Counted from the first letter of the stretch, positions 39,227-53,320 are shown. The stretch is DNA of 64,000 nt from Camelus dromedarius (GCF_036321535.1 NC_087437.1:99636001-99700000), one strand, 5' to 3'. The notes: generated from the letters alone by a model not told the origin. Numbers and translations: made by a program.

Positions 39227-41559
39227 TAGATCTTTATCCTTTTCAGCCCTATTGTTTATTCATGGTATGACCTGGGCAATTTTAAACATTTTAATACCAA
39301 GAACTACTACATAGGGCTCTTCTTCAATGAGAAAAAGATGAATTTGTTATGAATAATGATTCTTATGCAAATCATTTTGCAGTATTTTTGTGATGCAGAT
39401 GAGCAATGCTATAAATATAATTTAGAAAGTTTGAAAATTGATTTTAACATTCTCAATTCTTCTTCCTAATTAATCAAATTACAAAATTATGCTGTGGTTT
39501 CCAGTATATTAGAATAAGTTGTCAGATTTGGAACATCTGTTTATGCTCGTTTTATGAATATGTGTTTCTAAACGTCTGAAATATAGATTGCCATAAATAA
39601 TGTCTATTATTATTCTGTGGAAGTATGATATCTACTTCCTCCCACCATGCTTGTTTATTTCCCACAAAGAAAATCTTCCAGATTTGTATTTTATCTTTTT
39701 CCTTATCAAGATTGAAAAAAAAAAGACTAGGGTTTTAGTTAAGCTTTGCTGATTGGTTAAGAAAAGGACAGCTGTCATCGGCAGTCTTTCGACACTGTAC
39801 CGTGGCTCCAGACAGTCAGCTGGTACCATCACTTTGTCCCAACTATAAATCAGTCTTGTAATGGCCAAGGCTGACACCTTGACATTTTCAAGAAGAGTAA
39901 AAGATCTGATTTGAATGGAAATCCATTTTATTTCACAAATCTTGGGTTACTACTCTCCAAGCCTTTTCTTCTTGTCTCCTCTTGAGACTTATTTGGGATT
40001 TTCATAATCATTAGAGGATGATTTTAGTTGTTACATCATCTCATCTTTTAGCTGTAAAACCATATTCTTACTTCCTTCTTCAATCCCGAGATGCAAAACT
40101 TGATTTTTTAAATTTTATGTAAGAAAAAAGTTACCAATATGCCAGATTTTATTTTAACCATGATGTATTGATAGCTTTAAAATGTGGCAGTAGCAGCAAC
40201 TGCCATTATTTTTTCAGAATTTTTGGAAAATATTCTGTGATTTAAAAATACAAGCTGTGTACACACATATGCAGATTAACGTTTGGTTATCTAATAACAT
40301 ACAATGTCATTTATGGAGTGATTTTGAACTACAGTCAAGCAGGTCTCAAGCCTAGAATCCTCTGAAAAGTATTTGTACTTTCATATTCTTGCACATAAAA
40401 AGGTAGGTTTAAGGATTATAGAGTCAGTAAGGAATAGCATGCATTTAATTGTATTATGTGGATCAGGCATTATATTCCGCCTTGGTCTTTTTGACCATTC
40501 AACCCAAGCAGCATAGAAAAAAAGGCAACATTTAACTGGTGTGAAAAGAAATTCTTCATAGCCCTTTTAGGAGGTTGGCATTGAATGTTTTAAAAAATTA
40601 ACTACTCTGTTATGTCTTCCACCTTTAGGAGAACACTGCAATTTTTTTTTTTTAACCACAAAGGGGAAGAAAGTACTTCCTTAGTATTTTTGCTCTCTCC
40701 CTCAACAAGATTGATCTAAACTCAATGAAACCTTAGATCTTCTAACACAATTATTAATCAAAAATTTGAGCATCACCTCTCTCTTTTATTAAGTATGGAA
40801 AAATTACAGTGCTTGTCAGTGATTTCTCTTTATCATCTTCATTATTAGTGTTCAGTTTAGTCCCAAATCTCACTTCTAAACAGGAATATTCTTTGAGTGC
40901 TAAATTCATTATTTTGTAATCCCCTATGAACAAGTGGAGTTATAGACAGTTGCAAACAGGAGACTCTCAGCCTTTAAATCTTTTTATCCACCCTTCTACC
41001 ATTCATTCATTCATTCATAATCTACAGGACAAGAGCCTATGATAAGTATGTGTGAAATGCAAAATGAAGTTAGAATTCCTTCTTCACAAGATTTTATGTT
41101 CCTATGAGAAAATAAGGAAAACTAAAAAAAAGTTATCAAGTCAGAATGTGACAGATCCAGAAGGAATATATTAACACAATGTTTTGAGATTCAAGAGGAA
41201 GTATTTACTTTGGTTATTGAGAATCAAAGAAAATTCCCTAGAGGAGGTTGCATTTAGACAGTCTGGGATACATAAGACTTCTAGAAGAAGTAATGACTGG
41301 GTTTCAGGAAAAATATGCAGCATGTGCAAATGTGTAGATGCAGGAAAGATGAGCTATGTTTGGCATTCAATTTCATTGGAAGATTGGGTACATTTTTATA
41401 AGATGGCTATTGAAGGGTAAGCTGAGGTCAGCTTAAGGATGCCCTGCAATGCTTACAGAGGCTCTTCCAGTAATTGTGCAGTGTTATAGTGTGGCAGGCA
41501 CTAGGAATCCTTTAAACATTATTTTGGAAAATACAAGATTAATCCAAAATCGGTGTAAC

Positions 41560-41700
41560 TTAAGACCCCTACCCAGGGAACATATCAGAACTACTTAGAA
41601 AAACTTACGAAGACACACCATTCTTCCCATCCTGCACATTCTGACTCAGCAGGTGGAAGTAGAGCCCCTGCATGTGCATTTCGTAAAAGCTCCGAGACAA
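41560..41700. mobile_element. MER5-like hAT-Charlie fragment
   Basis: ATTCTGACTCAGCAGGTGGAAGTAGAGCCC...TGCATTTCGTAAAAGCTCC. Confidence 0.5.
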
Positions 41701-41912
41701 TTAACACTCCAATTGATGAAGAGTTGGGTAGAGAATGTTGAAATGAGAAAAATCAGGGATAACTAGACACAGAAGAAACAAAAAAGGAGATCTAAACCAG
41801 GGAGTTCCTAACCTGAAGTCTACCGTGTTCCCATGAGATTATGTGAAATATACTGAATGGTGGACATCCATTTTTCTGGGGAAAATGATCCAATAGTGTT
41901 TATAAGATTCTG

Positions 41913-42140
41913 CAGATCTCAAACTCCCAGTTTATCCTTTCCCTGACTGATATATATAAAATAGAATAAACAAGTTTATACTGTATAGCACAGGGAAATA
42001 TATTCAATATCTTGTAGTAGCTTATGGTGAAAAAGAATAAAAAAATGAATATATGTATACTCATGTATGACTGAAGCATTGTGCTGTACAACAGAAATTG
42101 ATACAACATTGTAAACTGACAAAACCGCAATTAAAAAAAA
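41913..42140 (+). mobile_element. Young 5'-truncated L1 3' end with 5' inversion
   Basis: TSD AAGATTCTG at 41904-41912 and 42141-42149, ATTAAA plus A tail. Segment 41913-41944 is inverted relative to the same-family copies at 44 kb and 56 kb. Confidence 0.85.
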
Positions 42141-44049
42141 AAGATTCTGAATGGAGACTAAAACCATCCCAAAATTAAGAACCACTAGAAATACTTTCAC
42201 ACTTAAGTGTGAAAAGGAGATGCTAAATGTAAGAAATCATGACATTTCTTAATATAAGACAATTTCATGACCTAGTAGATTGCATAGGGATAAAAAATTG
42301 TGGCAGTGAAGAAAGGAGTAGAAAATGACAATACATTTTTCCACCTTTTGCCACTAGAAGAATGAGAATCATGATAATCCTGCGAACCAGCATCAGATAC
42401 CCCCCGACTTCTATTTCAGTTAATACAGCACTGATATCATGCATGTTGGATTCATGGTGTGAATATGACTCCCAGAGTATGATGTCAAACGGGTAATGAA
42501 CATCTTAGAGGTGATGACATAGCTTTGACAACCATTTTTATGGAGAGCTAGTTGAATATGCTGAAGTCAGGAATCTAGGCTTCTTCTATCCTGTTTCTCT
42601 CTTTGATTTTCATTTCCCAAGTAATCTCAAAATGACCATTGAAGATACACCATGTTGTTTTTCAGACAGTAGGAATATGTAGGGGAAAATAAGGGCACTA
42701 TACTTCCTTTTAAAGAAAATTTTTGGAATTTCTGTATGTACCTTCCACTGTACCCTTAGAACTTAGTCACCAGGTACACAAAGCTTTCGGGGAATAGGTG
42801 CATGGAAATGCGGACATTTTCTGGGTAGTCATTCATTCAGCTAAAAACCAGAGGTAAAAGAGGAGAATAGATAATGCAGAAAAACTAGCCGACTTTGTAA
42901 TATTCATGAAGTAAATAATTTTGAAGCATTCAATAACTAATGATGCAAAACCATAATATAGAGACTTTTTATCTCAACCTTCAGCCTAAATAAATATGTT
43001 GATTGGAAAGAGGTAGAAATTTCTTTATAACATTATTTATGAAAACATGTCTCATTGCAAACCCCTGTCTTTCTCAAGTGATTTATCCTGAAATGCTGGA
43101 ATTCTTCTGTGTGGAATTCAACTGGAAAGATAGTATTCCTAGTTAAAAAGAGAACAACTACCTATGACATAACCTACAAGTCCAATGTTATTAAACCTAC
43201 TAGTCTCAATCCATCTTAAATGAATTAAAAATATTTTCACATTAGTCTAAAGACAGCTAGTTTCTTTACAAAATAAGTTAAACTTTTTCCTGCACAATAA
43301 CAAGTGTTCGTTTTATAAAATTAGACATTTCAGACAAATAGAAAAGCAAAAAAAGTATGAATCTCATCACTCAGAAAATAACTCTTGTTATCATCCAGTA
43401 TCTAATCATGCTTCTCTCTCTCCCTCTTCTTTGTCTCTCTCTCTCATCTCACACACACACTGAATATCTTCATGAATATTTGCAATTTGATTTTTAATGG
43501 TTAAATACCAAATGAACACTTTCCCACATATTATGTTAACATATGTTATTGTTTGAGTGTAATACAATTTATTTAACCAGTCCATTCATAGGTGTAAATT
43601 GAGTTTATTTCCATCCTTTTTTCCTAATATAAATAGTATTCTGAGATAAATACATACTTATAAATTGTATGTAATTATTCCCTTGGTATAGTAATTGGGA
43701 CAGATGATAGTGGCCTGAATGAAGGTGGTGGCAGTGGAAGTGGAGTGACAAGGAGGGAACAGAGAAGTGTTTAGAAGATGGAATTGACAGAGCCAAGTGA
43801 TTGACTGTATGTGGGATGATATCTGGAAAATTTTAACCAGGGTTATTACTTCCCCAGATTATGCTTGTTCCTTTACTTCTCTGTTCTCATCTTTTCAGTG
43901 ACATGTGTTGCCTTAATGGAAGGGCAGACACAATCAAGAAAAAAGTCAACAGAAGATCTAAAGTGCTTAGTAGAATATTTACAAAAAAAACAAAACTTAC
44001 AGCAAGTACAATAAGCTCAAAACAAGCTTCTCTTTTTTGTATATATATA

Positions 44050-44555
44050 TTTTTTAATTGAAGTATAGTCAGTTTACAATGTTGCATCAACTTCTGGTAT
44101 ACAGCATAATGCTTCAGTCATACATGAACATATATAGATTCATTTTCTTCTTTTGTACTGTAAGTTACTTCAAGACGCTGAATACAGTATCCTGTCCTAT
44201 ACAGTATGGACTCGTTGTTTATCTACTTTATATATATTATTACCTGCAAATCTTGAACTCCCAATTTATCCATTTCCCCCGCTTCCCCTGCTGATAACCA
44301 TAAATTTGTTTTCTATGTCTGTAAGTCTGTTTTTGTTTTGTAAATAGGTTTGTCTTATTTTTTTTTTTTTAGATTCCACATATAAGTGATATCATATGGT
44401 ATTTTTCTTTCTCTTTCTGGCTTACGTCACATAGAATGACAGTCTCCAGTTCTATCGATGTTATTGCAAATAGCATTGTTTTATTATTTTTCATGGCTGA
44501 CTAGTAGTCTATTGTATAAATATACCACAACTTCTTTATCCAGTCATCTGTCAAT
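44050..44555 (-). mobile_element. Young L1 3' end (same family as the 42 kb and 56 kb copies)
   Basis: Starts TTTTTTAATTGAAGTATAGTCAGTTTACAATGTTGCATCAA. Colinear with 56029-56577, including the L1 block AGATTCCACATATAAGTGATATCATATGGTATTT. Confidence 0.9.
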
Positions 44556-47500
44556 TGATTTGAAAGAGCTAGGCTCCTCAGAGGGAAATGGTTTTATTTT
44601 TAATTCATATATGACTTGGTTAGAAATATTAACATGATGCTAGAGATCTGGATCATAGAACTGATCAAAGTTAGCCATAAAGTAGAGAAGAGTTCAGGAT
44701 ATAAGTAAGAAAGTGGTTGTCCATCACGTAGGACAGCATGAAACTTTCTAGGCTATGTGGGCAGTGAGGAGCCTTGATTGCAAGAGAGAGGGGAGAAAAC
44801 CAGATATAGACAAGGAACGTCACATATTCTAAGCTCTGACTGCTGCAACTTCTGGGAGAGGGAAGTGGGGAACAGATTCCTGTTAAATGAGTATGAAGAC
44901 ATCAGGACTGGAGGGGTTACGAGCCCTGCCCACCTGGAACCCTGGGGGGTGGCAGTTTTGTAGATGCTTATAGGAATGGCAGCAAGGAGAAGAGTCTGAT
45001 CCAGCATCCTTCCCCCCTAACTTTCAACCCTTCACCTTCTCCCAAGAAAGTCCTTCAGCAGGGCATGGGAAAGATCTGGAGAAGTTTCCTCGTCTTCAAG
45101 AGGCATCAAGGAGACAGCTAAATACAGATGGAGAATGCTGTGGAGTTCCTGAAACCCACAACAACTGTGAGGACCAAGGAAAGTGGTTTAATCAGCAAGC
45201 TGGGCTTGCTGAGAGCAGCGTTACACAGCCTCACGGCCGAGGGAAGAATTTCATGAATTTTCCAAAGGTAAAAGACCAACACCCAAGGAGACATTTCAGC
45301 ATTGGTTAGTGAGGACCAGAAAAAACAGTGGGTAACCTTAGACAGGAGAAAGTAGAAATCAGAGATGAGAAATGCCACCTTTGTTATATACTAAGTGCTC
45401 ATATATTCTGGGATATTCTAGTCCCTTTTAAAATGGCAGATTCAAAAGTGATAACCATATTTCTAGCCTTTCTTTTCCTTTACCTTTCTAGGGGGTGAAT
45501 TAAGAACCTTTGGAAATTGGAAACCTTTTCATGTAGTTTACTCAAGGGTTAGCATAGGGTGTAGTCTTTTTCAAGTTTCTTTCAAGACTTTGCTTTTTGT
45601 TATTTTGTCTTGGTCCTTGTCAGACAGGCCCGTTTATTAATTCACTCAATCAGCAATCACATTGAGTACCTTCCGTATGGCAAGCAGATTATTCTAATCT
45701 AGAAACTTAGTTTTATAGTGTAAATTTAGTTTCAGCTGCAGTTTATTTTATTGTATTTGTTTAATGTTAATTGAACATATCGATACCTTTATACAGGATG
45801 GAGTACATGCTTCACAAAATTCTTACTGACGGACACTAAGGTTACAATTAGAAAGAAACAAAAGTGCATGCAAACACAACTACTCACAACAGCATGGGAA
45901 ATACTGATGATGCTAAAGAAAATCTCCAATGGAATAGTTGAGAATGTGCTGTATAAAGTCATGGTACATCTCTTCAAAAATCATTGACTGAAAAAATGTC
46001 ATGAGAAAAGCAGCATTATTTCTTTGTTAGTGCTTCCAATATCTCTCCTGGCAATTCAGGTGGAACAGAGAATCCAGTGAAATCTGGTGCTTTGCATCAT
46101 TATCAAGCTCATATCTGCCAGCTGATCATGTGTGATACAGCAAAAATGTAAAAGCATTTGAATCAATAGCTCTTTCAGATGCTCTTCTGATAAAACTGCT
46201 TCATTTTCTTTTCTAACTAATTAATTCATGTAAGTGGAGAGATTAACAGAAAAACTTATTCATATTATGAGTAACAGGATCCAAACAGTTTATTGAACTG
46301 TATTGTTGGCATCTTTGCAACCAGTAAGACTCTTTAATAATCAGATCTCAGAAACATCCGTCTTAGAAAGGAGTATACATTCTGGCTTCCACTTACTTGA
46401 GAAGGAATTAACCTAGGGTCAGGAGCAGAGGTTAGGTTACTTCTACCTGGAAATTAATCAGAAAATTCATTTTGCCCTTTGATGTTGCTTTTCTGCCCAC
46501 CCACCCCACGCCTACCTTCACCTTTTATCTTCGTAAGATCCTAAAGCTCCCTTTCACGCACTATGGTAGTTGAAAGGAATTTAAAGTTGTGGATTTCTAT
46601 ATTTATGTAATTATATACTGAAAATATAATAGGGTAGGGGAAAATGTTTTTAGGAGATGTGACACCTTAAAGAAAATTCACCGACATCAAAAGTGACTCT
46701 AATATATTGGCAAATTTCAGGCTACATTTCTAGTCATATTTCTGCTAGAAGAAACCTACTTTCCATTTTGTGTTTTCTCATTTGCATGACTGCAAAGCTA
46801 TTCATGCATATGAAAAGGATATTATTCATCTCCATACTCCTTCCTCTCCATATTCCAAACCCAATGTGTTGATGGGTTATGCATAAGGAAACACTGCTGT
46901 ATCTATATATTTATGCATATATACCTATGTGATTCAAATTCGGTATCACAACGGGATAGCAAGCCCAAGTGATAACATTATGTACTAGATGTGTCATATT
47001 ACATCATTAATAGCACATCAAAATTGTCAAATATGTTGGAATCCAGTAATTGCAAGTGACAAGCTTTAGCGTGATTTGTCTCCATTGGGAAGGATTGAAA
47101 AAGTGAGAGAAAGGAGTATACTTCTGAATTTCCCCTCTAAGTGCATATGGTAGGTTCTTATTACTTCTGCAAATATTTTTAGTGAGATGCTGTTTTCACA
47201 GTATTCATGGTAACTAGCTAGTGCAGTTTTCATGTGCTTGCACCTTATCATCTCCCAAGTTCAGAAACCCAGTGCTGTTCCAGAAAGAACTACAAAGTTG
47301 AACTGGCAGGAAGAAAAATGACCAAACTGGCAGGGCTTATCTCCCTCTAATGTGTGATTCTTCTTAACTCAATATTCCGGGAAATTATTCACTTGAAAGT
47401 TTAGACGGAGTTCACAAAGAAAAATGATTTCTCTTCTACTCTCCGGTTCTACTCCTACTCCTCCTCCTCAGAAAAGCTAATAGTATTGCTTCATTCCCAA

Positions 47501-47928
47501 AAGTTTTCTCTTAAAAATGTCTCAGCATTTGGCAATAAGAGGAAAATAGGATGACAGTGAATTTCATGGGCACAGAACTCATTCATTACAATGATGAGGT
47601 ATTCAAGAATCCCCACCCTTTGTGTCCTGCTTTATCTGTATTTGGGGATGGCATGGATGAGGAGAAAAAGGAAGCTTATGTGTTTTCTTTAAAATTAATT
47701 CCCAGCTTTATGAGTGAATTATTGTAAGCCCCGAGGACATTATAACTGCGTTCTCCTTTTCAGTAATTGTGGCAGATATTAAAGTGCACAGACAAAGGTA
47801 GTCATGTGTAGAATAACCTGTTTTTTTAGACAGACCCACTTGTCCGAGATCAAACGGCTGCAGCATGTTTAGGGTTACAGTCTCCTCCCTTCCTCCTCAT
47901 TCTCAACCGCAGTGGAGCTTTTTCCAGC

Positions 47929-47942
47929 GTTGCCATGGTAAC
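47929..47942. promoter_or_regulatory. RFX X-box motif in an enhancer- or exon-like patch
   Basis: GTTGCCATGGTAAC fully matches the RFX consensus GTNRCC(N0-3)RGYAAC. Confidence 0.5.
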
Positions 47943-49559
47943 ACTATATCTGGCTGCTAGCTCTGTCGTAAGTTATTGAACTGAGACTGGCTTTTGGTTT
48001 AGCAGATAATTAGGTTCTGTCTCACAGGTTCATTTTCCTGTGACTGGGACGTGAATATGACCTACAGCTGGCCTCAATTTCAGTGTCACAGGCAAAACTT
48101 TAACCCTTCCCAAGCTCCCAAGGCTCTGAAGCCTTGCTTGTGAAGGGGAGGAAGTCCGGTGCAGCCCACCCACACCTAGGAGAGGATCACCAAGTCCCCA
48201 TTTTATTTTTTATCTTCATCATAACACTAAGGAAAATATGATCAAGATTGTACACTTAGAGCATTTTAAAAATTAAAAATATATCAGCAATATAGTACAT
48301 GTACTATGTGCATTTTATATATAACATGTAATGTACAAAGCATTCCCTAGTCATTATCTTTCCCCTACTTCTTAAATGACTTTTTAAGTCACGTCAAAGT
48401 ACCTTGTGCTGCAGTTTGGAGTCCACAATACTTAGGTTTCAAAAACCCCATTCTCAGGAATATTAGCTTATTCTTAGCTTATTCTCAGCTTCCAGAACTG
48501 CCTGTTGGTTGATTCATGCCCCTCCTTCTCCTGTTTATAAACCCTAGATTTTTGCTGACATTGAAAGGTGCCTTTGGAGTCACAGACAGGTCCGTGCTAT
48601 GGGGAACAACGCCACCACTCTGCTAATATGCCCGAATGTTCACTCAGGGCTTGAATCTTGCTGGTTTGGAAAGCAAGCAAGATATGTCCTTTGTTTTGGA
48701 CAAAGAAATAAGCGTAACTTTTAGAACAGATACTGAATTCACAATACTCACGGCAACATGGGGACCTGCGTGTTTAATAGGAGAGAGTGTGTCTTTCTAT
48801 GTCAAACAATAGGAGAGACCCTCAAGGAAATCTGTCTGAAAAATTTAGTGCATTATCCTCAAAATGCAAGAAAGGAAGAAGAGAGAGTTGAGACCACCAT
48901 GATTAAAACATGAATTAAAGAAATTCTATTGCTTAATTGGCTGGAGAATCACACAACTATGTCAGTAGAGATAGGAAAGACTTGGAAGACTCAACAGCTG
49001 GATATTCGAACCAGGATACATCTGTGTGTGTATGTGTGTGTGTACCACATAGACTATATTCTGTTTTAATCCATTCCTTCCATTTTCAGACTCCCAGTGA
49101 GAAGGGCATTCTGAATGGTAGCAGCCTCAGATGTCCTGAGGAAGAGCAGCTTTGGGTCCAAAAGGGTCCCATGAACGCAGAGAACTTAGCGTAGGGGGTT
49201 GAGGTCAGAGGAATTTGTATGAAGTAGTAGAGACAGAGCTGATATGTGAGAAACTCAGTTGTTGGCAGTTATTTTCCACTAAACTGAGTTTCTTTTAACT
49301 TTTAATGTCAGTACATAGCACTTCTTTTCTTACTAATAAACAATAAATGTTTGCTGAATGAATGCATGAATTCTTCCTCACTCTCTATTCTATGTAGTAA
49401 GAATTAAATGAGCACTCAGTTATAAAAAGGTCTTGGAGTGTCTACAAGCATTTTTCAATCCAAAGTCCTTTAACTGTCTTCTCAGTTTCCCATAACCCTA
49501 AGCCCTACACAAGCAGGTCATGTCTTGCCTGTGTTATGGCAACAGCCTTGTCACTGATC

Positions 49560-50140
49560 TTCTTCCCTCTTATTACCTACTGTAATCTCTATTATACCTG
49601 GGAGATGGGGCGTTAATTTAAAATGCTTATCACTTGAAGTCAGCATCCTCCTCACAGCTTCCCAGTGGTTTTCCGTGTAGTATGACTCGCAAACACAATC
49701 CTTACTGTGCTTACAAGGCCTGCCTACCTTGCTGACATCATCACTCCCCTCTTTTTACCCTTCTTGTGAACACATGCCCACTGGTGAGCCTTATCCTTTA
49801 CTGGTCCCTCTGCCAGGAACACATGACTTATTCCTTCACTTTATTCTGGTCTCTACTCAAATGTCACCTTCTTAAAGATGCTTTCCTTAAACATCTTAAA
49901 AAGCACATCATTCATTGTCCAACACTTCTCTTGCTTTAAGTTTTCTTCATAGTGCTTATCAGTTCTTGATAGGCTATTAGACAACAAGCAAATATGAATA
50001 TACCTTTCCCACTAAAATACAAGTTCCTTATGGGAAGGAGCTTTGGTTATTCATGAGTAGACTCTAGTGCCTAGAACCTAGTAGGCTGGACTATAGTAGC
50101 CTTCAATAAATATTTGTTGAATAAGTAGGTGAATGAATGA
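49560..50140 (+). mobile_element. L2 3' fragment
   Basis: CTCAAATGTCACCTTCTT...TAGTGCCTAGAAC...TCAATAAATATTTGTTGAATAAG...TGAATGAATGA tail. Confidence 0.8.
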
Positions 50141-50202
50141 AGACATCCAAGTAGAGGGTCTGGATATCCCAACCTATATATATATTGAGGTTGAGTATCT
50201 CA

Positions 50203-50206
<4 letters not shown>

Positions 50207-50238
<32 letters not shown>
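50207..50238. repeat. (AC)16 microsatellite
   Basis: Directly visible. Confidence 0.95.
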
Positions 50239-50242
<4 letters not shown>

Positions 50243-50483
50243 TGGAATATATATACATTTTGTGACCAAGAATGAGTGGTCCCAACATAATGAATGAAAT
50301 ACCCTGCATGATGAAATTGTATGAGTCATGAAATAAAATTTAGGGACATAGCTTATTTCTTTAACTTGCTTCACTAGATTGAGGTAAAACAAGGAAATGA
50401 AGCTTATTTCTACCTCATCCTTGCATGGATTAAATTCAAAATAAAGCATCATCCATATACCACACATTTCAACCTTAGTCACT

Positions 50484-50698
50484 CATGGAAGAGTCTTTCT
50501 GTAAAGGACCAGATAGTAAATAGCTTTGCTTCTGGGGTCATATAGGCTGTGTCACAACTTCTGTGAACGTCTGTCGAGATGTGAAAGCAGCCACGGGCAA
50601 CACAGAAACTGGGCTTGGCTGTGCTCCAGTAACACGTTACTTATTAAAATAGGGACTCAGCCACGTTCAGCACACAGACCATAGTGTGCTGACCTCTG
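50484..50698 (+). mobile_element. MER58A-like hAT-Charlie element
   Basis: TTTCTGTAAAGGACCAGATAGTAAATA...GAAAGCAGCCA...CCATAGTGTGCTGACCTCTG. Confidence 0.8.
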
Positions 50699-50913
50699 TT
50701 GTAGTGTCTTTTCCCAGTTCCTCCTCCCACCAAGATATTGAGAGAATGCCCAAAGGACCATGGCTCTCTCACCTGGTTCTTTCAAGAAATGAAACAAATT
50801 GGGGAACGGCTGGTGGGTGGAACACTACTGAGGGTTTTTTTTTTCCTTTTTCTCCTTCTTTGTTTAATTATTAGTCATTTCCTAACTTTAAACTGCCACC
50901 TCAGTAGCAATAA

Positions 50914-51110
50914 CAATGGTGTATTGGTAAATGTCTAACAACTGACTCTCTGGGGAAGAAAAAAAAAGATGTTTACGAATTTCTGTAGTGTAAATTCTCC
51001 CATCATGGCCATTTTAAACTACCACTACGATGTCACTTAACCTTGATGTTGGGGAAAGATGCGCTTAATAGTCTCATGAATCAGTGTGAGCTGGCTCCAC
51101 CCCACAGCAG
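50914..51110. mobile_element. MER63-like hAT element
   Basis: CAATGGTGTATTGGTAAATGTCTAACAACTGACTCTC...GTGTAAATTCTCCCATCATGGCC...GAGCTGGCTCCA. Confidence 0.65.
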
Positions 51111-51888
51111 GATACATACTTAAAAGCTTCAGTAACTTTGCTCACTGTCACTGCAAAGCCTGTAGGATGGTGGTGGTCTTGATGGGAGCAACTGGTTGGA
51201 TGATCTCTTGGAATGCCAATAAATGATGAAAAAGTATGCAGATAAAATGTTGTATGTAAAGCCCTTAGCTCTGTGTTTGGTTAAAATACATACTCAGTAA
51301 ATGGTGGCTATTATCCTCTTACTTTAAGTTATTATCAGCTTTAAGATTAAATGCTTAGCTACTGGCTCAATCCCATTTTAATGCCTTTGTGTTAATAAGG
51401 CCTCTTAACATGGACGCAACAAAGGTAAAGGAATTTTGTGTAGCTATTCATGCTTCTGCCCAGCTCAAGGTTAAGATAGCAACAAAATACTCCAACCAGA
51501 ATAAAAGAAGTCTCCACTTGACTTCAGCTCTTCATAACACTTCACAAGGGTCAAGCTGTGTTATTTTCCTTCAGTGTTAAATAGAAAGCATCTTAGGAGC
51601 AGAGTTCAATTATTGATTGAATAGTGAGTTCAATTTGACTGTAATTCTGACAAATACACTTCAATGAGTTCAAGACCAGGGATGGACCAACAAAAGGGTA
51701 AAGGTTTCACTCATGTTTGAGGCAAATGCTCAGACTGAATTAGTGACACGGATGTCTTACGTTGTTTGGCTACTAAAAATACAGTTCAGCACCAGTAAAA
51801 CAATACTAGTAGAATAACAGGGAGAATATTGACAGTGGTTTGAGTGACCAGACACCAAAACGGACATCAATCTGAAAGAAATTAGTAA

Positions 51889-51945
<57 letters not shown>
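51889..51945. repeat. (AAT)19 microsatellite
   Basis: Directly visible. Confidence 0.95.
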
Positions 51946-51950
<5 letters not shown>

Positions 51951-52599
51951 GAGACCCTGAAAGAGATTAATAAACAGCTTAGGTTTAATCAATCAATATT
52001 CAGAAGAAAAGGCTAATAAATGCTGTTTTAAACACTATAAGAGTGTTTTTTTTTTAACTATTTACCCTCTAGTGTCTTCTGCTCATTTTCTTTATAAAGA
52101 TTTCCGTACTTTTATAAAAGATGTGATTTAGTGTTTGATCAGTGAAATAAGGTAAGAAAGAGAAGCTAATCTTAGTCTTTTCTTCTAGGCTTCTGTTAGC
52201 ACATAATTTAAATATATTGGTTTTGTGGTGGTTATGCTGGTCTGCTTCTGGACAACCCTTTGTTCTAGAAGCCTTCTTTTTAAACCATGGAATACCTCAG
52301 ATCAAAACCTGGTCAGAAGTCCCTTCAGTTCCCAAACAGTACTAAATGACTTGAGTTTTCTGTTTCAATAAACTTCTGTATGTATCTTTTGCTACATTTT
52401 CTTTTGGTTTTCTGCTCATATTAATAATATTAATGAAAATATATTTTAGGTAATCAGCTTTCTTTTAAACATTGTATGTTATGGAAAATTTTGAAGACAC
52501 ACAAATTTGAGAGAATAGGTAAAGACCTTCTAAATGCCTATCACCCATAGAGGTTAAATTATTCAACTGCTTATTAGAGGGGAGGGGGAAAATTGACAT

Positions 52600-53320
52600 C
52601 TTTTTTCCCAGTAACATTGAGATATATTTGACGTATAACATTGTGTAATATATTGTGAAATGATTTTCACAAGAAGGTTAGTTAACAAATCCATCCCCTC
52701 ACATAATTGTATAGTTTGCCTCTTTTCTTTTCTTTTTTTTTTTTTTTTTTAGTAGGGAGAACATTTAAGATCTACTCTCTTAGCAAATCTCAGGTGTGCA
52801 ATATAGTATTCTCAACTACAGTCACCATGATGTATGTTAGAACCTCAGAACTTTTTCATTTTGTAACTGGCAATTTGTACCCTTTGATCATCACTCATTT
52901 CTCCCACTCCCCAGCTTCTGGCAGCTGTCAGCCTACAATTTGTTTCTATGAGTTTGTGTTTTTTAGATCCCACATATAAGTGAGATCATGTATGATTTGT
53001 CTTTATCTGGCTTATTTCATTTGGCATAATGCCTTCAAGATTAACCCATGTTGTCACAAATGACAAGATTCACTTATTTTTTATGGCTGAACAATATTCC
53101 ACTTTATTATATATATATGCTTTATATGTATATATTGTATATATATGTGGTGTGTATATATATACACACACACACACACATCACATTCTTTTATCCATTC
53201 ATTCACTGATGGATACTTAAGTGGTTTCCGTGTTTTGGCTATATGTAAACAATGCTGCAATGAACATGGGGGTGCATTATCTCTTGAGATAGTGATTTCC
53301 CTTTCTTCAGATACATACTC
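52600..53320 (-). mobile_element. L1MA-type 3' fragment, apparently nested in an older L1 (about 52460-52570 and 53320-53930)
   Basis: GAGAACATTTAAGATCTACTCTCTTAGCAAAT...TTAGATCCCACATATAAGTGAGATCATG...TTTATCCATTCATTCACTGATGGATACTTA. Confidence 0.8.

Noticed and set aside
44740..45370. GC-richer block as an exon or pseudogene
   Set aside because: No recognisable protein similarity. More likely an old LTR relic that I cannot assign.
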